Source: a virus
Lineage: Duplodnaviria; Caudoviricetes
IMG/VR virus record: IMGVR_UViG_3300002307_000075
Coordinates: 1 to 48,885 of that record
Direction: 5' to 3' (one strand)
DNA: 48,885 bases
This document shows, piece after piece, positions 26,646 through 34,238 of this stretch (positions within the stretch are counted from its first letter, which is position 1; each line of letters starts with the position of its first letter). Under the pieces are notes generated by a model. That model searched no databases. It was not told the DNA's origin and saw only the letters and a program-made list of their open reading frames with translations. The position numbers were made by a program, and so were the translations under genes.

Positions 26646-26810
26646 ATGGGAAAATATAGTATTGAAGAAATGAAAAAAATAAGGGAAGAGACCTTCAAAA
26701 AGTGGAAAGATTCTGGTCTTTTGGCTGGATTAAAACCAGGATTTGAAAAGAGTAACATAGCTGAGCTATATGAGTGTTGTAAATCTCATAAGCTAAGTGA
26801 GGAAAAATAA
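26646..26810 (+). CDS. 54 aa protein resembling a T4-like major-capsid N-terminus (not in ORF track)
   Basis: KKWKDSGLLAGLK...NIAELYE. Confidence 0.5.
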   Translation: MGKYSIEEMKKIREETFKKWKDSGLLAGLKPGFEKSNIAELYECCKSHKLSEEK

Positions 26811-26832
26811 TATATAACACAAAACACTAAAA

Positions 26833-27057
26833 ATGGAGGTAAAGATGTTTATTTGTAGTCACTGTAACAAGCCGATTCTTGGCCTTACCAAAGTTGTTAA
26901 TGGTTTTAGTCTTGTACACTTTGAGTGTGAAGCACCGTTCAAAAAAGCATTGGTAGATGAACAAAAAATAACCAATTGGGATGATGCTAAATTGTCATAT
27001 AACAGAAAGCCAGCGATTGGCGATTTATTGGGATGTTGTAAAGCACAAGAAGTATGA
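26833..27057 (+). CDS. Small Cys/His protein
   Basis: CSHC...HFEC. Confidence 0.6.
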   Translation: MEVKMFICSHCNKPILGLTKVVNGFSLVHFECEAPFKKALVDEQKITNWDDAKLSYNRKPAIGDLLGCCKAQEV

Positions 27058-27111
27058 TGAATGTAAAAGCGGTAGGTTTCACATAGGTGCATAACAAAGC
27101 ACTGGTGAAAC

Positions 27112-27285
27112 ATGAGAAACAAAAAGCTTATCAAAAACACAGATAACAGCAGTGTGTATAAAAAAGCTGTTAGAACAAACCAAGGGTGTTCAATTTGCCC
27201 ACCAAACAGAGGATGTAACAGTAAGTATCTGAACCATGTCCTACGTAACTGGAAAGCATTTAGAAAGACCCAATGGAAGAATTAG
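27112..27285 (+). CDS. 57 aa basic protein (not in ORF track)
   Basis: CSICPPNRGCN...RNWKAFRKTQWK. Confidence 0.6.
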   Translation: MRNKKLIKNTDNSSVYKKAVRTNQGCSICPPNRGCNSKYLNHVLRNWKAFRKTQWKN

Positions 27286-27348
27286 TAAGAGTGTTCATTA
27301 TTTTTTGATGTTCATGATTCATGAACGCTAGAAAAAGATGAACAAAAT

Positions 27349-27435
27349 GGGGTTGTGATGAAATTGGTAGCACATGCGAGACTTAAAATCTCGTGGGCCG
27401 TAACGCCCGTGTCGGTTCGAGTCCGACCAGCCCTA
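27349..27435 (+). tRNA. tRNA-Leu(TAA)
   Basis: CGAGA-CTTAAAA-TCTCG, long variable arm. Confidence 0.92.
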
Positions 27436-27440
27436 CAAAT

Positions 27441-27587
27441 TTAAGCAGTTTACCATGATGAAACTGGTAAACATGGGGGTCTAACCGTTCGTAAGAACTA
27501 GCTGCGATTTATCATCGCATTGATGGGTGAAACTGCTATCTATGAGAAAAGATTTGTGGGTTCGAGTCCCGCTGGCAAGCTGCTTAA
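27441..27587 (+). tRNA. tRNA-like gene with extended acceptor helix and ~70-nt anticodon-loop insertion
   Basis: D-arm ATGAAACTGGTAAACAT and T-arm GTGGG-TTCGAGT-CCCGC flank a hairpin-rich insert. Confidence 0.55.
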
Positions 27588-27593
27588 ATCTAT

Positions 27594-27674
27594 GGCCGAA
27601 TGGTGGAATGGTAGACACGCACGACTCAAAATCGTGTGCCGCAAGGCGTGAGGGTTCGAGTCCCTCTTCGGCTA
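27594..27674 (+). tRNA. tRNA-Leu(CAA)
   Basis: CACGA-CTCAAAA-TCGTG. Confidence 0.93.
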
Positions 27675-27680
27675 CACAAT

Positions 27681-27761
27681 GGGGGTATGGTGGAATGGTA
27701 GACACGCTAGTTTTAGGAACTAGTGCCGCAAGGCGTGGGGGTTCGAGTCCCTCTACCCCTA
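27681..27761 (+). tRNA. tRNA-Leu(TAG)
   Basis: CTAGT-TTTAGGA-ACTAG. Confidence 0.93.
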
Positions 27762-27776
27762 CAAAAACGTTTTATA

Positions 27777-28097
27777 ATGAAATTGAATATCATCAAAGAA
27801 GTAGTGAAGACTTGGTACGAGGATAAACGAGGTTTCAGCTTCATCAACCCAAGAATCAAGGATGGTCTAAAGCCAGTCAACGAAACAGCTGTGGTTGTTG
27901 AAAGCGATAGGCAATACATGATGTATTTCAACCGTATTGGTTCTGGTGGTCCGATTATCAGCGGCCAAGTGCTGAGCGAAGTTGAAGCAAAGTTTGATAA
28001 AGCACTAGCAGCTGGGCTGGTAGTTAAATCAATGTTGAGCTTTCCAGAAGTAAGAGCCAAGCTGATGAAAGAAGTGGAAGAAAAACAAAAATTATGA
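27777..28097 (+). CDS. Hypothetical protein
   Basis: Start at MKLNII, after the tRNA. Confidence 0.65.
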   Translation: MKLNIIKEVVKTWYEDKRGFSFINPRIKDGLKPVNETAVVVESDRQYMMYFNRIGSGGPIISGQVLSEVEAKFDKALAAGLVVKSMLSFPEVRAKLMKEVEEKQKL

Positions 28098-28336
28098 TTA
28101 ATGAAATCGAATTTAAACCGATAAGTAAGTTATCTGAATGTTATAGTTTAAAAGCCATTGCTGATAGGTATGGGTTATCGATTGATAATTTTAAACTAGA
28201 AATTGAAAGGGTACGTTTACTAAAAAAGTCGATGATTGATACACGATTGAAGAAAGGGTATACCCTCGAACAAGCTGAAAATGAAACATTAAGATGTTTA
28301 TATATTAGCGGATTTAGTGGTCCGACATTTAATTAA
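28094..28336 (+). CDS. Hypothetical protein
   Basis: 80 aa ORF, ATGA overlap. Confidence 0.6.
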   Translation: MINEIEFKPISKLSECYSLKAIADRYGLSIDNFKLEIERVRLLKKSMIDTRLKKGYTLEQAENETLRCLYISGFSGPTFN

Positions 28337-28339
28337 AAT

Positions 28340-28426
28340 GGGGGTGTGGCGAAACTGGTCAGACGCAATAGACTTAGAATCTATCGTTGAAAATGAAACG
28401 TGTGGGTTCGAATCCCTCCATCCTCA
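28340..28426 (+). tRNA. tRNA-Leu(TAG)
   Basis: ATAGA-CTTAGAA-TCTAT, long variable arm. Confidence 0.88.
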
Positions 28427-28430
28427 CTAA

Positions 28431-28511
28431 AAGATAGTTACAGCAAACACAACGGTTAACAATTTGTCTCATAAACAAATCTAGTGGGTTCAACATCCCA
28501 CAAACTATCTT
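28431..28511 (+). ncRNA. tRNA-like element with CAT loop and CAGCAA motif
   Basis: AAGATAGTT/AACTATCTT closing stem, ATTTGT-CTCATAA-ACAAAT, GTGGG-TTCAACAT-CCCAC. Confidence 0.5.
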
Positions 28512-28517
28512 GTATTT

Positions 28518-28591
28518 GGCCCTCTAACCCAATCGGTAGAGGTAATGGTCTAAGAAGCCATCCAGTGTGGGTTCGAATCCCACGGGGGTCA
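28518..28591 (+). tRNA. tRNA-Leu(AAG), short variable loop
   Basis: ATGGT-CTAAGAA-GCCAT, otherwise canonical cloverleaf. Confidence 0.82.
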
Positions 28592-28645
28592 CAAATAGTT
28601 TTACATGTAAAATATCTTTTTCACATGTCTGCCATATTTATTAAT

Positions 28646-29101
28646 ATGAGAACAGATATATTAGACAGAAAAGAAGATTTATTGTTATGGATTAGAGAGA
28701 ATAAAACAAAGTCTTTCATCTCACAACAACTACAATGTAAACAACAAACGCTTAATCAATATCTGAAACAAATGGGTATTGATTATAGCGGTAATATGGC
28801 TGGTATTGGGTTATTGAAGAGCAAGGTAAAAATGGTTGACATTTTATCCAATAAGGTAACTTTTACGGACGGGCCATTACTACGAAAACGGTTAATTCAC
28901 GAGGGTCTTATTGAAGACAAATGTTGTGAATGTAATAACCTAGGTTATTGGAATAATAACCCACTAACATTAGAGCTGGACCATATTAATGGGGATAATA
29001 ACGATAATAGGTTAGAAAACTTACGATTGCTTTGTCCAAATTGTCATAGTCAAACACCTACATTTAGAAAAAAGAAATCTAGTTTAAATAAAGAAAACTA
29101 A
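28646..29101 (+). CDS. HNH homing endonuclease
   Basis: CCEC...LELDHINGDNNDNRLENLRLLCPNCH; TATTTAT at 28635. Confidence 0.9.
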   Translation: MRTDILDRKEDLLLWIRENKTKSFISQQLQCKQQTLNQYLKQMGIDYSGNMAGIGLLKSKVKMVDILSNKVTFTDGPLLRKRLIHEGLIEDKCCECNNLGYWNNNPLTLELDHINGDNNDNRLENLRLLCPNCHSQTPTFRKKKSSLNKEN

Positions 29102-29934
29102 TGCATTATATAATACAAGAAAATCTTTTCAGAGAAGAAGGTCACGAAAAGCTTATCAGGTGTCTTGAGAGGTTTGACTTGACCCATGAGTTGGTAAGGG
29201 TTTTGCCATTCATAGAAGAAGTTGAGTTTACAACTGATAGAAAGGATGTGTTTGTATTTGGTTCATTGAAATTGGCTAGGCTTGTTAAGCAATACGGTTG
29301 GAATCCTGGTGCTTTGGTTACTGAAAATCACGACTACAATGTATACTCACAATACTACAAAGAAAACCTATTGAATTACGATTCCAGAATTTTCAAGTTC
29401 GGTGATGACTTTGAGTGGTTTCATGAACAACACTTCATCCGCCCTTGTTTGGATAGCAAGGTATTCACTGGTAAGGTATTCGACAAAGAAGATTGGCCAG
29501 CGTATCGAGACAATATGCTCACCAATGGTCATACATCATCATTGACATCTGATACACTGATTCAAGTGGCTACACCTAAGCGTATGACACAAGAAGTCAG
29601 GTGTTGGGTTGTAGACGGCAAGATAGTCACCCAATCAACCTACCGTAGAGGTAGCTTTTTGGTCTATGATAACATTGTTGATGATGACGCAATTGAATAC
29701 GCACAAAGAATGGTAGATATCTATCAGTTGGCCGAGACATTCGTGATTGATATTTGTCTTACCGAAGATGGTTGGCGTATAGTAGAATGTGGTAGCACAT
29801 CATGTGCTGGTTTCTACGATGCCGATATGCAAAAATTGATAATCGCATTGGAAGATGCTTATCGTGATTTGGTTCCGCACCCAACAATGGATGGTGTGCG
29901 TATTGATAGACAGGATTTGAATAAACTGGTATGA
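29101..29934 (+). CDS. ATP-grasp domain protein (DUF4343-like)
   Basis: FIRP...KVFTG, EVRCWVVDG, FVIDI, IVE...AGFY. Confidence 0.75.
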   Translation: MHYIIQENLFREEGHEKLIRCLERFDLTHELVRVLPFIEEVEFTTDRKDVFVFGSLKLARLVKQYGWNPGALVTENHDYNVYSQYYKENLLNYDSRIFKFGDDFEWFHEQHFIRPCLDSKVFTGKVFDKEDWPAYRDNMLTNGHTSSLTSDTLIQVATPKRMTQEVRCWVVDGKIVTQSTYRRGSFLVYDNIVDDDAIEYAQRMVDIYQLAETFVIDICLTEDGWRIVECGSTSCAGFYDADMQKLIIALEDAYRDLVPHPTMDGVRIDRQDLNKLV

Positions 29935-29982
29935 ACAACTCAGAATATGTTTGCGTAATGTTTCCTTACCCATCATTTAAAC

Positions 29983-30302
29983 ATGAGTCAAGTAACTAGA
30001 ATAGTTAATATGAAAGATGAACCACACGATATATACATCGGCAGAGGTTCTAAGTGGGGTTGTCCGTTTACCGTTATCAAGGATAGACCAACGCTTGCCA
30101 AGGAAGTTGTTGGTTCCAAAGAGGAAGCCTTAGCCAAGTATCGTGAATACGTATTGGCTAGTCCTGATTTAATAGCCAGCCTTGACGAATTGGATGGTAA
30201 GGTACTGGTTGCTTCTGTAAGCCAGAAAAGTGTCATGGTGACGTTCTTTTGGAGCTTATTTCGCAAAAGAAGCTGGCTGAACATTTCTTTAAGAAACCTT
30301 AA
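29983..30302 (+). pseudogene. DUF4326-like protein with a 1-nt frameshift near 30207
   Basis: YIGRGSKWGCPF...GKVL continues as GCFCKPEKCHGDVL in another frame. Confidence 0.75.
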
Positions 30303-30359
30303 GATTTTACTTGCACGGTTCAGAAACGTTTCGTATCTTTGTAGTTCAAAACAATCTAT

Positions 30360-30587
30360 ATGGAATTAAAAACAGAAAAAAGCGTTACCAATGGTATCAA
30401 AATCGTAAAAAGAGCGATTAAAAAGAACCTTTCATTATCAGAAGCATCAAGACAGTTCAGCTTTGGCCGTAACTACGTATCAGACATCAAGGCAAGAATC
30501 AAAGACAACTTCAAAAAGAAGAACCTTAGCAGAGACACCTACCGTGCTTTCAATGCTTTGCTGAAAGAGTACGAAAAAGCTAACTAA
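30360..30587 (+). CDS. Small basic protein, possible HTH
   Basis: LSLSEASRQFSFGRNYVS. Confidence 0.6.
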   Translation: MELKTEKSVTNGIKIVKRAIKKNLSLSEASRQFSFGRNYVSDIKARIKDNFKKKNLSRDTYRAFNALLKEYEKAN

Positions 30588-30604
30588 TAACCTAGCTAAA
30601 CAAT

Positions 30605-31070
30605 AGAACGTAAGATACTGACTTCATAAGATAATTATGCGACATGTCAGGTTGGGTTTGGGTTAAACATTGACACCCATGTGGGTTATACCAGAAATGA
30701 AGAAACAGAACAACAACTAACCTTTAAGTTGCTGGAGTAAAAATAGTAGGTATAAAGGTAGCTACTCTATAGCTCACATAAAAATACTATCAGTAATGAT
30801 GGTTGTGTTGTTCCCTTGAGAAAGGAATGAAGACGAGTAATGTTGATTGCATCATGGTTAGTTAAGTCGGAGACCACGAGAGCCTTGACCCGAATATCAA
30901 CCAACACAAATGAGTTCTCAGCAAGTAGTTGACTCCGTAAGGAACTTGGAAGATGGTGGGAATAGCTTTAACCTTCCTATGCAGCAATGCGAAGATGTAG
31001 GCCCGTCAATTATGTGACCCAATTTTATGTGCAATGCTATGGGTTTAGCCTATAGGGTATAAAAGGGTGC
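30605..31070 (+). ncRNA. Candidate large structured ncRNA
   Basis: ~465 nt without an ORF, GC-richer than intergenic DNA, several GNRA hairpins, a T-loop-like TGAGAAA and long-range complementarity. Confidence 0.55.
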
Positions 31071-31103
31071 TAAAAGAAAGTTGAAAAATATTTTGCAAAA
31101 AGC

Positions 31104-31340
31104 TTGACAATACCAAAATTATTTAGTACCTTTGCATTACTTTTAACAACAACGACATATTTATTACAAACGGGGAGACCCACAAACAACAATACAATGA
31201 GAACTTTTAACAACACATTTGATTTTGCAGAGTTTGCAGCCGAGGCGGATAGAAGCCTAGGAGGTCATGTATTGTCTAAGAGTTAATCATAGGAATTAAC
31301 AACACAGATGAAACCTGACCAGCAATGAGTCAGGTTTTTT
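31104..31340 (+). promoter_or_regulatory. Attenuator-like leader 3 of the Phe/Glu/Asp tRNA array
   Basis: Promoter 31104-31134, TATTTAT 31158, GGG-GAGA-CCC, leader ORF, GGTCATGT 31263-31270 vs ACCTGACC 31313-31320, terminator 31311-31340. Confidence 0.82.
31197..31286 (+). CDS. Leader peptide 3 MRTFNNTFDFAEFAAEADRSLGGHVLSKS
   Basis: 29 codons; 3' part of the track ORF 31104..31286. Confidence 0.8.
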   Translation: MRTFNNTFDFAEFAAEADRSLGGHVLSKS

Positions 31341-31347
31341 CGTTTAT

Positions 31348-31419
31348 GGAACTATGGGAACAATGGTATTCCGCTTGGTTGAAGCCCAAGAGTTTCCGAT
31401 TCGACTTCGGATGGTTCCA
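31348..31419 (+). tRNA. tRNA-Phe(GAA)
   Basis: CTTGG-TTGAAGC-CCAAG. Confidence 0.8.
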
Positions 31420-31425
31420 CAACAA

Positions 31426-31498
31426 GGTACCGTAGCTCAGTTGGTAGAGCAAGGGACTGAAAATCCCTGTGTCACTGGTTCGATTCCAGTCGGTACCA
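31426..31498 (+). tRNA. tRNA-Phe(GAA)
   Basis: Canonical, AGGGA-CTGAAAA-TCCCT. Confidence 0.95.
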
Positions 31499-31529
31499 CA
31501 GAAGTTATTTGAAATGTTGGAGTAAATTT

Positions 31530-31603
31530 GGGATGGTAGCTCAGTCTGGTAGAGCGGGAGGCACGAAGCCTTTGCGTCAGTGGTTCAAATCCATTCAGTC
31601 CCA
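31530..31603 (+). tRNA. Phe-like tRNA with irregular anticodon loop (CACGAAG)
   Basis: D- and T-arms canonical; acceptor has mismatches. Confidence 0.55.
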
Positions 31604-31614
31604 CTAGTATAATT

Positions 31615-31686
31615 CGTCCTATGGATAAGTGGTTAAATCGCTACCCTTTCAAGGTAGAGCCGAGGGTTCAATTCCCTCTGGGACGA
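31615..31686 (+). tRNA. tRNA-Glu(TTC)
   Basis: CTACC-CTTTCAA-GGTAG. Confidence 0.9.
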
Positions 31687-31723
31687 CCTTGATATTTTTG
31701 TACTTTTTCGTATATTTATATGT

Positions 31724-32371
31724 ATGAGAAAGGAACGAAAATATCACTATATCTATAAAATCACGTGTATTGTGACTAATAGATATTACATTGGAATGCA
31801 TAGTACAGATAATCTGGAAGACGGTTATTTTGGTAGCGGTAAAAGACTTTGGTTTAGTATTAATTACCATGGAAAAGAAAATCATAGTAAAGAAATACTT
31901 GAGTTTTTACCTACAAGGAATGAATTGAAGAAAAGAGAAAAAGAAATTGTCACGGTTGATTTGATTAAGGAAGATTTGTGTATGAATCTTCAAGAAGGTG
32001 GTGGCGGTGGGTTAGTTGATGAACGTCATAGATTGAATTTTATTAATTCTACGGGACGTGATGTTTTTGCTTTAAGGTGTAAGGAAGATTTAGTATTTAG
32101 AGAAAAAATTCTAAAACAATTATCAATAAATCGTGCAATGGCCCATAAAAACGGTAAATTCAAATATGATACATTTAGTGGTAAAAAGCATAGGGTTGAC
32201 ACTATTCAATTAATGCGTGAATCACATAAGGATAAACATGTTGGAAGTAAAAACTCTCAATACGGAACTTGTTGGATTACCAATGATGGTTTGAATAAGA
32301 AGATAAAAAAGGAAGACCTAATTGGTTATGAGAATGAAGGTTGGGTTAGAGGAAGAAATAGTAAGTCATGA
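31724..32371 (+). CDS. GIY-YIG homing endonuclease (Seg-like), paralog of 919-1746
   Basis: YHYIYKIT...YYIGMH, NSQYGTCWIT; TATTTAT at 31713. Confidence 0.88.
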   Translation: MRKERKYHYIYKITCIVTNRYYIGMHSTDNLEDGYFGSGKRLWFSINYHGKENHSKEILEFLPTRNELKKREKEIVTVDLIKEDLCMNLQEGGGGGLVDERHRLNFINSTGRDVFALRCKEDLVFREKILKQLSINRAMAHKNGKFKYDTFSGKKHRVDTIQLMRESHKDKHVGSKNSQYGTCWITNDGLNKKIKKEDLIGYENEGWVRGRNSKS

Positions 32372-32580
32372 AGTATTATTGTGATGAAATGCGTCATTTG
32401 GTTTGCGTTCCCTATTCCATAGAGAACTTACATGCAATGGCTAATGATTTGGATATTAAAAAATGCTGGTTCCATAAGGGCCATTACGATATACCTAAGA
32501 AAAGAATAGCTGAGATACAAGCTAAGTGCGAGGTCATATCTCCACGAGAAATTCTAAGGATAATTCGTCCATTCGTCTAG
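32368..32580 (+). CDS. DUF4031-like protein
   Basis: LHAMANDL...WF...HYDI. Confidence 0.65.
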   Translation: MKYYCDEMRHLVCVPYSIENLHAMANDLDIKKCWFHKGHYDIPKKRIAEIQAKCEVISPREILRIIRPFV

Positions 32581-32638
32581 GGGCCTAGGACGTTGCCCTT
32601 TCAAGGCAAAGACACGGATTCGATTTCCGTATGGACGA
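32566..32638 (+). tRNA. tRNA-Glu(TTC)
   Basis: TTGCC-CTTTCAA-GGCAA; overlaps the end of the upstream ORF. Confidence 0.9.
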
Positions 32639-32647
32639 CTTTGACAT

Positions 32648-32731
32648 GCCGCATAATACAAATGGGTGAGTAGCTGGCCTTTCAAGCCAGATGCAGTAAT
32701 GCTAGAGCGGGTTCAATTCCCGTGTGCGGTA
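32648..32731 (+). tRNA. tRNA-Glu(TTC) with long variable arm
   Basis: CTGGC-CTTTCAA-GCCAG, arm GCA-GTAA-TGC. Confidence 0.78.
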
Positions 32732-32769
32732 CAATTAGAATGTGACAATCTGGAAAGACAGATAGACTT

Positions 32770-32840
32770 GGATTATTAGTATAAAAGTAGAATATTGCAC
32801 TGTCACTGCAAAGGCGAGGGAGCGTTACCCTCATAATCCG
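32770..32840 (+). tRNA. tRNA-Asp(GTC)
   Basis: GGATTAT/ATAATCC, G73, TTGCA-CTGTCAC-TGCAA; atypical T-loop AGCGTTA. Confidence 0.8.
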
Positions 32841-32934
32841 CAAATTATTTAGTCTTTAAAAAAGTTAGAAAAAAACTTGCAAAGTAAAAAAATTAGTTGT
32901 ACTTTTGTATTAGTTAAATAATTAGAGAAATTAA

Positions 32935-33007
32935 GGTGATGTAGCTCAGTTGGTAGAGCAAAGGAACGAAAATCCTTGTGTCGGTAGTTCGATTCTACCT
33001 GTCACCA
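32935..33007 (+). tRNA. tRNA-Phe(GAA), C33 variant
   Basis: AAGGA-ACGAAAA-TCCTT; own promoter near 32877-32907. Confidence 0.8.
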
Positions 33008-33125
33008 CGAGAAACCCAACCGTTATGCTAATGGCCTTTTTAAGGTGGTTTTAAAGCCTACATTAGATGTCGTGCGGCAATGGTAAGTAGAAGCCAGAGA
33101 CAACTGGACAAACCTTCTACTTTAA

Positions 33126-33250
33126 CGGGAGGTAGTCAAATTGGTAAAGACAACAGCGGTAAGCAAAAAGTTTAATCTGTTAAGATTAAGTTCAGCAATT
33201 TAAAAGCGTCGGAAAACCGCTATATGTAGGTTCGAGTCCTACCCTCCCGA
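33126..33250 (+). tRNA. Pro-like tRNA with ~50-nt anticodon-loop insertion
   Basis: CGGGAGG/CCTCCCG, A73, intact D/T arms, AGCGGT/ACCGCT stem enclosing the insert. Confidence 0.6.
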
Positions 33251-33543
33251 CTTTTGAAAGTTTGAGATGAGGTGCAAATCCTGTTCACCGTTCATTTGAA
33301 CAAACTCGTGTAGCGTTAGGGTGGCTCCCTTTCCCACATTTGGGATATAACCAAAAAGAGCTGTGGCTGACCACGGGCATCCTTTATACAGGGGGCGAAA
33401 TAACGCAAACGGTTTCTAGAGCCTAGGTAAATTCCCACGAGTCACTGTTATTTTTATCTGCACATATTTTTTATCAAAAAAGATTTGGAAATACGGAATA
33501 TTATTTGTACCTTTGTAACCATTAATAACAAAACTTTATAAAA

Positions 33544-34233
33544 ATGGGATGGAAAGACCTGTTTATTGCTGGTGAAGAAAACACCAATGATAAACCAAAA
33601 CAAGAAAAACCAGTAGAATCTACTTCTCAAACGAAGTTTCCTACAATTACAAACAATACGTTTCCAACGTATACAGCACCAGCACCACAAGTACAATTCA
33701 ATAGTTCACAAGTATCACAAGAATACTTGGCCAAGGCTATTGAAGTTTACAAGAATGGTTTTGATTCGCTAAATCAAGCTGGATATGATTTCTATGAATT
33801 CTATCAAGCGATTACACAAGGTGGTGTAAACAATCCTCAAATTTATCCTATGGCATTTACTATGGCTAGTGCGATGGATAAATCAGTTACCAAAGACAAA
33901 CTGCTTCAAACTGCTGATTTTTATCTTGGCGAAATAACCAAAGTTTACAATGACTATGTTTCGAAAGGGAATGCTAAAAAGCAAGATTTGATTAATCAGA
34001 AAAATAACGAGAACCAAGCGTTGGTTACTGAGTTAAGTATGATGGAACAACAACTTGAAGCTTTAAAGACTCAAATTCAAGACCGTCAAAATAAACTAAA
34101 TGCTATTGGTGGCAAATACGAACCAATGATTAGCGATGTTGAAAATAAAATTGCTGCAAATGAAATAGCGAAAAATCAAATCGTTCAATCTATCGAACAA
34201 GTAAAATCTGGAATAAATAATAATTTAAAATAA
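33544..34233 (+). CDS. Coiled-coil hypothetical protein, first gene of the ABC/OmpA operon
   Basis: 229 aa, heptad-rich C-half. Confidence 0.75.
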   Translation: MGWKDLFIAGEENTNDKPKQEKPVESTSQTKFPTITNNTFPTYTAPAPQVQFNSSQVSQEYLAKAIEVYKNGFDSLNQAGYDFYEFYQAITQGGVNNPQIYPMAFTMASAMDKSVTKDKLLQTADFYLGEITKVYNDYVSKGNAKKQDLINQKNNENQALVTELSMMEQQLEALKTQIQDRQNKLNAIGGKYEPMISDVENKIAANEIAKNQIVQSIEQVKSGINNNLK

Positions 34234-34238
34234 ACAAA

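Noticed and set aside
30605-31070. RNase P RNA
   Set aside because: The GAGGAAAGTCC and matching 3' P4 signatures are not present
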